Part shown: positions 12,001 to 24,264 of the stretch, piece after piece
How positions within the stretch are numbered: position 1 is the first letter of the stretch
Layout of the letters: every line of letters begins with the position of its first letter
Assembly (NCBI GenBank): GCA_051362555.1
Contig: CM120641.1
Coordinates: 38,756,401-38,820,400, forward strand
From: Lingula anatina
Taxonomy: Eukaryota > Animalia > Brachiopoda
Direction of reading: 5' to 3'
Length of the DNA: 64,000 nt
Position numbers and translations under genes: made by a program
Notes under the pieces: generated by a model
Told to the model about the DNA's origin: nothing
Databases searched by the model: none
The model's input: the letters and a program-made list of their open reading frames with translations, nothing else

Positions 12001-15000
12001 CTCTCAGGAGTAATCAATCTTACTAAAACGCAGGTCAAGTTCGAAAATCGACATGCAGCCTGAGTTGGAAAAGCAGTCTAATTGGCTTCTTTTTCTGGAA
12101 GTTATACATTTTCAAAGTGTGAACTTGAACTCCCATGGGCCTGAAGCCTTATGCTTGTTACACATTTAACTTACGTTGGTATTACCTGTTGAGCATAATT
12201 AAAATTTGATGTTGAATTTGCAGTTTAACATAATGTACTTTTGCATCAGAATTGACAGTAGCCTTTTTTGTTATTTCCTGCTTTTTGTCTGTACATTTGA
12301 CAGCTTTGCTGCCTTGTTCTTAAATGGTCATCATGGGAGCAGTGCCCAAAATAAGTTTTTTTCAAATTTTGATGCAATATTACATAATGTTAAACAGCTT
12401 AATGACCATCAATTTTTAATAATAAAATATTAGTATCATGGATATTCAGAAAATGTGACTAGCAAAGGTCTTCAGGCCCATGGAACTTCAAAGTCACAAC
12501 TTGAAAATGCCAAAATGTAAACAAGACAGCACTGTTCTGAAATGTTTTTTTTCCATTTTTAACAATTTTTATAACATAAACAAAATTAACAGGTTACTGC
12601 CATTTTTATACGATCAACTAAGAAAATTGATGAGATGGGAAAAATATCAATACAACAGTGTTAAATGTCCAATTTCCTCCATCCTGAGATTCTGAACATA
12701 GTGAATGATTGCATCTGACAAACTGCAATGATATGAGTTTATTTCCATTTTTGACACTTTATTACACAATACACGATAACAAGTTTACCATCATTTTTAC
12801 ATAATCAACTAACAATGTTGTAAAGATTCAGGAAATGTCAAACAAACACTTTTATGTATCTTATTAGTAAAATAATAAGACTGTTAACATGCCTAAGAAT
12901 TGAATCTGAGGAAATGTGAAAAAACAGCATAACTTCTAAAGTAATGGCCCGATCATGCTGATTTTCGAACTTGACCTGCGTTTTAGTAAGATTGATTACT
13001 CCTGTGAGTTTCATGACAACAGGCCTAACGGTGTTCCTTAAAATGTGTTTACAGGGTTGCATATATGCTGAAAAGTGAAAAAACAGCATAAGTTCTACAA
13101 TAATGGCCCGATCATGCTGATTTTCGAACTTGACCTGCGTTTTATGAATATTCATCAGCTCTGTAAATATAAAGCCAAAAAGTAAAACTGTCCTCCACTT
13201 ATCGTGTTTACAAGGAAAGTGCACGGCATCGGCGACGGCATCGGCATCGGCATCGGCATCGGCATCGGCGACGGCATCGGCGACGACAGACGCAGGTGAT
13301 GGCAATATGTACAGACACATCTGTGTCTGTACATAAAAATAGATATGGTAATAACAGAATAGACTGATATGACATTTAATCCCATTTAAGAAGTTAAATA
13401 TTAATAACTGATAGCTTGTACCGTTGTCAGAAAAACCTACCTTCATTATCTGAAGAAATGTCACTCTCGATTTTATCAAGAAAATACTCCAGTAATCCAG
13501 AGAAGACTTCAACCAAGTTCATTATACTACCAGGATCTCCATGGACAATACTCTGCCCAGTAATGTGAGAGAGAGAAGTGTGTAGTATATCAAGAGAGAT
13601 AGAATCCACCACACACTGGCAATTATGGATCTCATCTTCTATGCTCATTGGATTCCTGATGATGTCTGTTTCAATGTAGAAAACAAAAATACAAACAAAC
13701 AATAGGAGTAAGTTGCATGTTTGCCATCTAATTGTCATGAAAAACTATAAACATCTTTTGGGTTTGGAGTGAAGGATCAACAAATGAAATTAATTTTGTT
13801 GTTATATGTGTTTTACATCATTTATTAAACTCTAATTAGAAACAAGGCAGCAAAGCTGTCAAATGTACAGACAAAAAACAGGAAATAACTATGCACAAAA
13901 TAGGCTACTGTCAATTCTGATGCAAAAGTACATTATGTTAAACTGCAAATTCAACATCAAATTTTAATTATACTCAACAGGTAATACCAATGTAAGTAAA
14001 ATGTGTAACAAGTTCACACTTTGAAAATGTATAACTTCCAGAAAAAGAAGCCAATTAGACTGCTTTTCCAACTCAGGCTGCATTTTAGTCCTGTATTTCT
14101 TTTTTGAAAGGTTGGCAATCATAAGTAACATGGTTTTCCCATAATGGTCATCATAGCAGCAGTGCCCAAAATAGGTTTTTTTCAAATTTTGATGCAATAT
14201 TACATAATGTTTAACAGCATAATGACCGTCAATTTTTAATAATAAAATATACGTATCATGGATTTTCAGAAAATGTGACTAGCATGGGTCTTCAAGCCTG
14301 AGGAACTTCAAAGTCACACCTTGAAAATGCCAATATGTGAAAAATTAAATATTCACGAAAACCTGTTTAACTGGCAGTAAGAATTACCAAACAGACTGCA
14401 TTGCCTACTGAAGCTGTATTTTAGTTCTATGTTTCTTTCCTGTAAGTTTGAGAACAGTAAGTGACATGGTTTTTCTTAAATGGTCATCATGGGAGCAGTG
14501 CCCAAAATAGTTTTTTTTTCAAATTTTGATGCAATATTACATAACGTCTAACAGCATAATGACCATCAATTTTAATAATAAAATATTAGTATTATGGATA
14601 TTCAGAAAATATGACTAGCAAAGGTCTTCAAGCCCATGGAACCTCAAAGTCACAACTTGAAAATGCCAAAATGTAAACAAGACAGCACTGTTCTGAAATG
14701 TTTTTTTTTTCTCCATTTTTAACAATTTTCAACATAAAACAAAATTAACAGGTTACTGCCATTTTTATATGATCAACTAAGAAAATTGATGAGATGGGAA
14801 AAATATCAATACAACAGTGTTAAATGTCCAATTTCCTCCATTCTGAGATTCTGAACATAGTGAATGATTGAATCTGACAAACTGCAATGATATGAGTTTA
14901 TTTCCATTTTTGAAACTTTATTATACAATACAAGATAACAAGTTTACCATCATTTTTACATAATCAACTAACAATGTTGAAAGATGCAGGAAATGCCAAA

Positions 15001-16076
15001 CAAACACTTTTACGTGTCTTATTAGTTAAATAATGAGACTGTTAACATGCCTAAGAATTGAATCTGAGGAAATGTGAAACAAGACAGCACTGTTCTGACA
15101 TGGGTTTATTTCCATTTTTAACACTTTTTTAAACATAAAACAAAATAAACAATTTACTGCAATTTTTATATGATCAACTTAGAAAATTGATGAGATGGGA
15201 AAAATATCAATAGAATAGTGTTAAATGTCCAATTCCCTCCATTCTGTGATTCTGAACATAGTGAATGATTGAATCTGACAAACTGCAATTATGAGTTTAT
15301 TTCCATTTTTGACACTTTATTACACAATACACGATAACAAGTTTACCATCATTTTTACACAATCAACTAACAATGTTGTAAAGATGCAGGAAATGTTAAA
15401 CAAACACTTTTACGTATCTTATTAGTTCAATAATGAGAATGTTAACATTCCTAAGAGTTGAATCTGAGGAAATGTGAAAAAACACCATAACTTCTAAAAT
15501 AATGCCCCGATTATGCTGATTTTTGAACTCAACCTGCGTTTTAGTAAGATTGACCACTCCTGCGAGTTTAATGACAATTGGCCTATCTGTTTTTCTTATA
15601 TTGTGTTTACAATGTTGCATATATGCTAAAAAGTGAAAAAACCGCATAACTACTAAAATAGAAGCCCAATCATGCCGATTTTCGAACTTGACCTGTGTTT
15701 TGGTAAGATTGATTACTCCTGGGAGTTTCATGACAGCAGGCCTAATGGTTTTCCTTAAAATGTGTTTACGGGGTTGCATATATGCTGAAAAGTGAAAAAA
15801 ACAGCATAACTTCTACAATAATGGCCCGATCATGCTGATTTTCGAACTTGACCTGCGTTTTATGAATATTCATCAGCTCTGTAAATATAAAGCCAAAAAG
15901 TAAAACTGCCCTCCACTTATCGTGTTTACAAGGAAAGTGCATGGCGCCGGCATCGACATCGGCGACGGCGACGGCGACGACAGACGCAGGTGATGGCAAT
16001 ATGTACAGACACATCTGTGTCTGTACATAAAAATGAAAAACTGATAGGGATGTCATTGCCCTCTGGGAAGTTTACA

Positions 16077-16160
<84 letters not shown>

Positions 16161-16803
16161 TGTATGCATATATTGTTTTGTATCAAAAAATTGAAGCTGA
16201 AATTATTAAAACCAAACATTTTATTTTAATACATTGAGGACACTTTTATTGGTCTCTTTTTACCTGGCAATCTGTCTCCCATCATTCCTTCATAAAGAGT
16301 CACAAAGACATTGGCATTTATTTCCTTCAATGTTTTCACACGTATTGGAACATGCAGCTGAGCCAGCATATTGTTAGTAAGCTGCACATGTCCTAATAAA
16401 TATACACAAAGAGAATTTTAATAAAATACATTTCCAATTACTTATTTCTTCTTAAACTATTAATTTATCAATACTTGAAGTGTCTGTCTTTTAAATAAGT
16501 AATACATGGTCTTAATAATAATGGATCACTTTCTCATACTATTATGTAAGTTCACATTTTTAAAATGTAGTCTGTGAACCTGAAAATAGATTAAATTGAC
16601 CTATTATTGGATATATCCAAGGTTACTGAATCAAAAAGTTGTGACATAACAAGAGATATATTCTCTATATCTCTTGCACTAATCAGACATGTACTAAGAT
16701 GATAATGGGTTCAGACAATATTTGAACATTTATCACTTAATTCTAAAGAAACCCTATTTTTTCAAAGCTAGCACATAGCATTCCTACCTCCTGATTCTGT
16801 CAT
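1..16803 (-). CDS. CEP95: Centrosomal protein of 95 kDa (CCDC45) homolog, multi-exon, 3' end outside the window
   Basis: Phase-consistent GT-AG exons 16788-16803 (MTESG), 16264-16392 (HVQLTNNMLAQLHVPIRVKTLKEINANVFVTLYEGMMGDRLP) and 13441-13665 (DIIRNPMSIEDEIHNCQCVVDSISLDILHTSLSHITGQSIVHGDPGSIMNLVEVFSGLLEY) match the CEP95 N-terminal domain (human SLSHITGENIVKGD). Approximate further exons: 8720-8825, 8122-8318, 5180-5542, 4671-4903, 4282-4363, 3626-3680, 3157-3305, 2607-2829, 1882-2056, 1330-1481, 763-1038. Exon 1-151 encodes VGEDNILPFMLEEFPFIH (human LLPLMLEQFPFL). Middle exon boundaries are approximate. Confidence 0.88.
331..400 (-). mobile_element. 3' tail remnant of a non-LTR retroelement (stem-loop + AATAAA + (ATT)n)
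   Basis: Minus strand reads CAACCTTCGGGTTGCGATTTCCCAATAAAGATTATTATTATT: 5-bp hairpin, polyadenylation-like signal and microsatellite tail, as in L2/CR1-type 3' ends. Confidence 0.45.
426..722 (-). mobile_element. tRNA-derived SINE with Meta-like and Deu/Nin-like central domains
   Basis: Minus strand: A box TGGCCTTGTGG, B box GGTTCATAACCC, then GGTACTTGCTGTCTCCCGCTTGGCACTCAGCA (MetaSINE-like core), GCTGTATCCTCCCCAGGGAG (Deu/Nin-like) and a (CATTT)n tail. Lies in a CEP95 intron. Confidence 0.8.
5644..8098 (-). mobile_element. Non-autonomous Helentron/DINE-1-like element (HINE), copy A, composite with an internal second head
   Basis: Minus-strand 5' end TTTTTATGTACAGACACAGATGTGTCTGTACATA hairpin, GTC/GCC microsatellite, 159-bp tandem units, 3' subTIR TGTCTGTACAT, short 3' hairpin and TTGTT terminus. 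Second head at ~6316-6343. Confidence 0.8.
8894..13339 (-). mobile_element. HINE copy B (host), interrupted by a nested inverted copy
   Basis: Same family termini (AACAAGGCAGCAAAGCTGTC at 8894; GTCTGTACATAAAAA ending 13339), with an internal head at ~10452-10475. The host sequence GACATGGTTTTT|CTTAAATGG is split by the 10510-12318 insertion. Confidence 0.8.
10510..12318 (+). mobile_element. HINE copy B2, nested antisense within copy B
   Basis: Starts TTTTTATGTACAGACACAGATATGTGTCTGTACAT, ends GACAGCTTTGCTGCCTTGTT, second internal head at ~11722. Nearly identical to the copy at 55319-57078. Confidence 0.85.
13840..16033 (-). mobile_element. HINE copy C
   Basis: Same termini and 159-bp units, with a duplicated ~400-bp internal block. 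Fills most of the CEP95 intron 13666-16263. Confidence 0.8.
16079..16159. repeat. (TA)n microsatellite
   Basis: About 40 perfect TA units. Confidence 0.97.
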
Positions 16804-17427
16804 TTTTCACCTAGTGCAGAATACTGAAAATATGATCTGAAAAAGAGGATTACATGTCTTACTGGCAAAATTAATAAAGGCCCATACGTCTAATCTCCAA
16901 TGGTTAAAAGATATATCCTAACATCCATTTAGCCCAAATACTTGTACGCCAGCATTCTATAATGTTTACTATGGCTTTGATAAAACCAATTTGGATATGA
17001 ATTGAGTTGCAGTGAGATGGTAGAACTGAAAAGCACTTGTGAATATCATGAATGCAGTATCAGTTGAACTGAAATAAGACTTACCCATACGATATCACCA
17101 GCAGAAAAGCTGGTTTGAGAAAGGTTTGAAAATGGAACCAAAATACAGTCAAAAGATGGCGCTTGCAACGAAGACATGTCTTCACCTAATTGCTGGAAGT
17201 AAGAAAGAGGACGCATTAATAGATATATAATATATGATAATAAGTCAGGTGTATTTGAATAAAATGAAATGGACAATTTTCAAATTTCTACCTATTTTCT
17301 GTATTATTATTATTTCTTTTACTTTGTGTCAAAGTCAATTCATTATCGATGGAAAGTTATTACCCAGAAGCTTGTAAATTCAGCGGGAAAAGAGTCACTT
17401 GAAACATACTGCTCTTTACAAAACATT
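16804..17427. promoter_or_regulatory. Probable bidirectional promoter/5' UTR region between CEP95 and the Amun-like gene
   Basis: Divergent start codons 16803 (-) and 17428 (+). YY1-like AAAAGATGGCG at 17151-17161. A minus-strand donor GTAAGT near 17083 suggests a non-coding CEP95 first exon. Confidence 0.55.
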
Positions 17428-20400
17428 ATGACTACTGACATTGTTGATGAAACACCTGGCAGATGGCAATTTATACTGTCCAATTACGACAAAATAATTG
17501 CAGTTAAATCGTCAAAAATTAGCAAAACGCCTAAAAATCCTGAAGGAGGCAAGAAGCTTATAAGATTGGATAAATGGTAAAATGAATTTTTATGTTACTA
17601 CACCAGTATGTCTGTACATGAAACAATTTACTTTACTCTACAATATATGAGAAATATATTGAATGCACATATGTAAAAGACAGTATTCAAATGAAGAAAG
17701 ATTTGATCAATTAAAATAACATTTAAATTGAATCCATAAAGATTGAAAGTTTTTGAAATTATAAAAGCTATGCTGAAGTTATGAACACACAAAAGTTTAT
17801 TGAAAATTGTGTAAGCAGTATTGTGTTACTGTAAATTTCCAACAGCTGCTTTTATCTCCTTGATAGACATTGGTCTCAGATCATTCTCACACTAATTATG
17901 ATGGGCACTGGTATGTGTTATGTACTAGTACATGTACATACTAGTATATACAGTACAGTACTGTATGTGATATGGGTGTAAGCACATTTTTAAATTGAGG
18001 ATGGTTGACCATGTTGGTAAAGAGTTTATTATACTGTTCTGAGATTTTCCCATAGTGTTATATACTCATGCATTTCCATCATTTGCCCTAGCTGGGTCTT
18101 CAAGACTTCCTGATTTGTCTTTGGAGACTTGAAGAGTGCATCATTATTAGATCGCATTCACAATGAGTTGAGCCATGGCTTTACAAATCCTAGAACTAAA
18201 TATGGCGGCCGTACATGAAAGAAAAACCACCTAATCTTTTAATAGTCTCTCCGCCTCTCACACGCCTCCCTATGTGTCGTCCCAATGGAGCCGAGATTTA
18301 ATGACTGTACCCCTGCAGGGACGACGCATGGGGAGGCGTGTGAGAGGCGTGTGAGACTATTAAAAGATTAGGCGGTTTTTCTTTCATGTACATCCGCCAT
18401 ATTTAGTTCCAGGATTTGTAAAGCCATGGCTCAACTCGTTTTGATTACGATCTTATAATACTGGTTAAGAACAATCATGGAAGTTGTCAATTAAAAGGAA
18501 TTCCGATTTGACTACGTATAAGAAGAAAAACTAGCTTATAGAGATATGGACAAGGGTAACGCTTGACAATTAGTTTATATACATGTGTTTTTACTGAGTG
18601 TTCAGATCAGCAGACTTAATTCTGTGTTTGTCTTTCCAATAAAACTATTACTGTAGTTGCATTATAGTTATAATTTGATCTGTATTAGGAAAACCACCAC
18701 CTCAAACAAGCACAGAAGATTTGAAGTTGAACTGTTTTATTGGATCTTATTGGTTGACTTGTAATAAACAGTCTCCATCAGACACTCGCAGTAGAGTTTT
18801 GTTTATTATCTTCACTTACATGTATTTAGGGGTGATTTCACAAAACCACCACAGTTTTTTGGCTTAGCTAAGACTTACACCCCATTTCCATAGATTAGAT
18901 CGACCTACTTTAGATCGACCTAACTCCCTGGGGGTTCACGCTAAGCGCTCAGCCAGGCGGACACGAAAGTTAATTACCCTCTTACAGCTTGTAGTAGGCG
19001 GGACGGACATTTAAGTCGGATTATCTGAAAGTAATCTAGTGAGACTCCCCGCGGGGATAGATCGATCTAAAATCTATGAGAATAGAGCCTTATGTTTGGC
19101 CGACTTCGGAGTGTCAGTTTTTGAGGAGGATCCCATGGGGGGGGGGGGGTAGCTCACGTACAGTACAGTACAGTAGTTCACGGGAAATAAACATCAATTC
19201 ACTAATAAATACCCTAGGTTCTAGATTCTGGTATTGCCAGCTTGATCTTGATTTCATATATAACCCATATCAGCAATACCAGGCTCTAGCAATCACCGAC
19301 AAGCTGTGGGCTTTCTTCTTCAAAATTTTGCCTGGGGCGCTCCATATTTGGAAGTCACACGTCACAGCTCTGTCTGCCTGGATCCATATTTGGAAGTCAT
19401 AAGTTTTGTACGTCACAGGTTTGGCCGCCTGGAGCTGCCTTTCCCGCCTTGCGCTGACGTTATATCGTGCAGACGAGACAAGAAGCAAAGTGGCTGACGC
19501 AGAGTTAGAAGTTTAAATTAAGAATATCTTGCAGTCGAAGGTCAGTGCCACAATACAAGCAACATTCTGCTTTAAAAACTGATTTTGGTGTAGCCATTGC
19601 GCAGCCCTTATAGTGGTATCGGGCATACAGTGTAGCTGTCAAACTTGGCACACTGCAAACACGTGCAGTGATAAACAAAAAATACAGAAACATTGGATAT
19701 ATCTTTTCTTTTTGATGAATATTATATGTTTTTATGTACAGACACAGATGTGTCTGTACATATTGCCATCACCTGCGTCTGTCGTCGCCGTTCCTGTCGC
19801 CGTCCCTGTCGCCGTCGATGTAGCCGTTGCCGTGCACTTTCATCGTTAACACGATAAGTGGAAGACAGTTTTACTTTTTGGCTTTATATTTACAGATCTG
19901 ATAAATATTTATAAAACGCAGGTCAAGTTCGAAAATCAGCATGATCGGGCCATTATTGTAGAATTTATGCTGTTTTTTTTACTTTTCAGCATATATGCAA
20001 CACTGTTAACACATTTCAAGGAAAACTGATAGGCCTGTTGTCATGAATTCACAGGAGTAATCAATCTTACTAAAACACAGGTCTAGTTCAAAAATCGGCA
20101 TGATCGGACCATTATTTTATAAGTTATGCTGTTTTTTCACTTTTCAGCATATATGCAAAACTGTTAACACATTTCAAGGAAAACCCATAGGCCTGTTGTC
20201 ATGAAACTCACAGGAGTAATCAATCTTACTAAAACGCAGGTCAAATTCGAAAATCAGCATAATCGGACCATTATTTCATAAGTTATGCTGTTTTTCACAT
20301 TTCCTCAGATTCAATTCTTAGGCATGTTAACAGTCTCTTTATTTAATTAATAAGATACGGAAAAGTGTTTGTTTGACATTTCCTGCATCTTTACAACATT

Positions 20401-23211
20401 GTTAGTTGATTACGTAAAAATGATGGTAAACCTGTAATCGTGTATTGTGTAATAAGGTGTCAAAAATGGAAATAAACTCATATCATTGCAGTTTGTAAGA
20501 TTCAATCATTCACTATGTTCAGAAACTCAGAATGGAGGAAATTGGACATTTGACACTGTTCTATTGATATTTTTCACATCTCATCAACTTTCTTAGTTGA
20601 TCCTAAAAAAATGGCAGTAAACTGTTAATTTTGTTTTATTTTAAAAAAGTGTTAAAAATGGAAATAAACCCATTTCAGAATAGTGCTGTCTTGTTTCACA
20701 TTTCCTCAGATTCAATTTTTAGGCATGTTAACAGTTTCATTATTTAATTAATAAGATAAGTAAAAGTGTTTGTTTGACATGTCCTGCATCTTTACAACAT
20801 TGTTAGTTGATTTTGTAAAAATGATGGTAAACTTGTTATCGTGTATTGTGTAATAAAGTTTCAAAAATGGAAATAAACTCATATCATTACAGTTTGTAAG
20901 ATTCAATCATTCACTATGTTCAGAAACTCAGAATGGAGGAAATTGGACATTTGACACTGTTCTATTGATATTTTTCCCATCTCATCAATTTTCTTAGTTG
21001 ATCATATAAAAATGGCAGTAAACTGTTAATTTTGTTTTATGTTAAAAAAGTGTTAAAAATGAAAAAAAAAAAACATTTCAGAACAGTGCTGTCTTGTTTA
21101 CATTTTGGCATTTTCAAGTTGTGACTTTGAAGTTCCATGGGCCTGAAGACCTTTGCTAGTCACATTTTCTGAATATCCATAATACTAATATTTTATTATT
21201 AAAAATTGATGGTCATTATGCTGTTAAACGTTATGTAATATTGCATCAAAAATTGGAAAAAAAATATTTTGGGCACTGCTCCCATGATGACCATTTAAGA
21301 AAAATCATGTCCCTTACTGTTCTCAAACTTACAAGAAAGAAACATGGGACTAAAATACAGCTTCAGTAGGCAATGCAGTCTGTTTGGTAATTCTTTCTGC
21401 TAGTTAAACATTTTCTTTTTTGTGAAAATTTAATTTTTCACATATTGGCATTTTCAGGTGTGACTTTGAAGTTCCATGGGCTTGAAGACCCATGCTAGTC
21501 ACATTTTCTGAAAATCCATGATACGTATATTTTATTATTAAAAATTGACGGTCATTATGCTGTTAACCATTATGTAATATTGCATCAGAATAGAAGAAAA
21601 CACAATTTTGGGTGCTGCTGCCATGATGACCATTATGGGAAAACCATGTTACTGATGATTGCCAAACATTCAAAAAAGAGATACAGGACTAAAATGCAGC
21701 CTGAGTTGGAAAAGGCAGTCTAATTGGCTTCTTTTTCTGGAAGTTATACATTTTCAAAGTGTGAACTTGAACTGCCATGGGCCTGAAGCTGTATGCTTGT
21801 TACACATTTTACTTACATTGGTATTACCTGTTGAGCATAATTAAAATTTGATGTTGAATTTGCAGTTTAACATAATGTACTTTTGCATCAGAATTGACAG
21901 TAGCCTATTTTGTGCATAGTTATTTCCTGCTTTTTGTCTGTACATTTGACAGCTTTGCTGCCTTGTTTCACTTTACATCTTAAAAACAGTAAATTAAATT
22001 AAATAAAGCAGAATTAAATCTGTTTTACGCTTCATTTTGGTTTAATGACATTCAGCTGCAGATTCACTGCAGAGCAGTTCTTTTTGATTGACGGAAGTCG
22101 AACATGGTCGCTGTTCATCAGAGTAAAATCGACTCCATCATAAGATATATTTAATATTTAACAAGCTAGCTTTTACGTTGCTCTGACACTCAGGGTACAA
22201 ATAAAGTAAAAAAAAAACTTGATTCATATGTCAATGATAATATGAGCAAAAAATCCTGAAAATACATTACTTCATTTCAACAAGGGGGGAGAATAAAAAG
22301 CCTCCTTCATGAGTCACAGGAAATAGGATATTTCATGGATCATATACTAAATAATAGAAATGTTTCACACACCTCAGGGAAAGAAAAAGTGGCTTTCCTG
22401 GGTTATGAAAATACCCAATGGACCCTTAGAATATTAACTGCGATGTAAATTGCAATACTACCTACAAGTATTTCTATTTTTGCCATGAATTCACGATGCA
22501 AGTCGATAATTTGGCATTTGCTATTACAAACCCATGTCTCCAGATCACAACAGCAAGTATGTTTATGAGGGGTAATTTTATCACAATGATATGCTTGGAA
22601 TAGCTAATGACCATAATCTCCTATCCTTTATTTGTTATAGGTTTCAAAATGAGCTTCCAAAACTAATTCAGTCAAGAGAGGAGAAGTACATTACCCATGA
22701 AGAACTCTGTCAGCTGATGTCATGGAAATTGATAGTTAGTGTGACTTTGCTACAAATTTAGGCATATTTTCTTTTCATTAAATTTTGATAGTGAAGGATG
22801 TACTGGTATTTAGCCATCATCAATTAATGAGGCGAAATGAGGATTAATATTGAGATAAGATATAACTACATTTATGGGTTGGTTGTTTTTTATTTGGCAG
22901 AGAGGAAAATTTAGACCCAGACTCACAGAGCTTGTCAGAGAGAATGAACCAGAGGACGTAGTAAAAGCAAGCAAGAAAGCTTTTAAAAAAATTCCCAACC
23001 TATCTGCAGCAATCAAAGAACTGACTGTTTTAAAAGCAGTCGGTCCTGCAACAGCTTCAGGTACATTAGTCAGCAAAATAATATTGAAGATAAGTGCACA
23101 CTATTATGTTATTTTAAAGATGCATTAAAGCCAGTAGGTGTTTCAAAATATTGCCACTAAACACAAATGCCATCATATGCATGATATATCCTATATGGAG
23201 AATTTTTTTGC

Positions 23212-23273
<62 letters not shown>

Positions 23274-24264
23274 TGTATCTTTAGGGGGTTTGATGTTTAT
23301 GTGTTTGTTGTCCAGAATTTGGTAATAAAACATGGCACCACTTAGATCTTGTATTTGGTGGGCTTGTGTAGGGTTGTATATACAGGTAAATAAACTGTCA
23401 GATTTATTATCTTTTATGAACTCAAGTCTAAAGTTTATGATTCTCAAAGGTGTTTACATGAAAATATTAAGTCAAATTGGTCCATTTTCACATTTTTTAA
23501 TATAAATAGCTGTGCTGGCTGCTGGGTCACCTGAACATGCCCCTTTTATGGCAGATGAAGCCATGCTTGCATTACCTGGACTACAGCCATTAGCATACAC
23601 ACTGAATCACTACCTTGAGTATTCAAAGAAAGTCGATCTGTTAACAAGGAGGCTCAACAAAGGTATGTTTTGATGTCATTATTGTTTTAAAGCCATGATG
23701 ATTAGAATTTATTATAATTTACAAAATGAGACGGAAAAATCCTGGAATTCTCAATTAAAGGCCACTCTGGTTTAGATTGAACTACTTTCTCAAAAGAGAG
23801 TGTTCATGAGTTGAGAGGGGGGAGGTGTTGAGGTGAGAAAAAGTTGCTCTGGTGTGGCCTTTTGCTTTGAGGTGTAGATCTAAAAAATTTCATTAAGGAA
23901 AAAAGGCAGTATTATGTACCAGTATGGAAAGTATGTTTCATTTGAATAATGATTTGGTATGAAACTTTAAAAAAATTTTCATGCATCAGAAAGTTAACAA
24001 TTTTGCTACATGTATAAATAAGAAGTAGCATGATGCTTGTTATTGGGAAATTACAATTTCTCAACTAAAGTATGCTTTGTTGTTTATTTTTTTTCAGATT
24101 CAAATATCAAAGATGAGCTGTGGACTTGTCACAAAGTTGAACTTGTTTTATGGGCTTACTATATTGCAAAACAGTTGGAACCCTCTCTTATCGAGGATAC
24201 TTTCAGTGCTCAAAAAAGAAGTCTGAAAGATGGTAATGGATCAGTAAGGAAAAAGAAGAAATGA
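17428..24264 (+). CDS. Amun / zgc:112496-like protein (HhH DNA-glycosylase-like, function poorly characterised)
   Basis: Phase-consistent exons 17428-17576, 22641-22734, 22901-23060, 23510-23662, 24098-24264: MTTDIVDETPGRWQFILSNY..KLIRLDKWFQNELPKLIQSREEKYITHEELCQLMSWKLIRGKFRPRLTELVREN..AIKELTVLKAVGPATASAVLAAGSPEHAPFMADEA..WTCHKVELVLWAY..VRKKKK*. WKL.RGKFRPRL, L..VGPATAS and PFMADEA are family hallmarks. Confidence 0.85.
18143..18460. mobile_element. Foldback MITE (near-palindromic, ~140-bp arms)
   Basis: GAGTTGAGCCATGGCTTTACAAATCCT..CCTAATCTTTTAATAGTCTC..GTCGTCCC is mirrored by GGGACGAC..GAGACTATTAAAAGATTAGG..AGGATTTGTAAAGCCATGGCTCAACTC around a ~35-nt spacer. Confidence 0.8.
18889..19078. 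mobile_element. Short TIR element (MITE-like)
   Basis: Left end CATAGATTAGATCGACCTA, right end TAGATCGATCTAAAATCTATG. No clean TSD. Related motifs occur inverted at ~26510-26650. Confidence 0.55.
19341..19500. promoter_or_regulatory. Candidate SRF/CREB-type enhancer (two CArG boxes plus four CRE half-sites)
   Basis: CCATATTTGG at 19342-19351 and 19384-19393, each running into GGAAGT. CGTCA/TGACG at ~19360, 19411, 19455 and 19495. Locally CpG-rich. Confidence 0.4.
19729..21968 (+). mobile_element. HINE copy D
   Basis: TTTTTATGTACAGACACAGATGTGTCTGTACAT ... TGTCTGTACATTTGACAGCTTTGCTGCCTTGTTT, in intron 1 of the Amun-like gene. Confidence 0.82.
23214..23271. repeat. (TA)n microsatellite
   Basis: Perfect TA run. 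Confidence 0.97.

Noticed and set aside
22092-22155. CGGAAGT plus AACATGG as an alternative first exon for the Amun-like gene
   Set aside because: The nearest donor gives phase 1 whereas exon 2 needs phase 2. The exon at 17428-17576 fits both phase and family homology.
23756-23863. TTAAAGGCCACTCTGG ... GGTGTGGCCTTT possible tiny MITE
   Set aside because: Short imperfect TIR with no right-hand TTAA; insufficient support.
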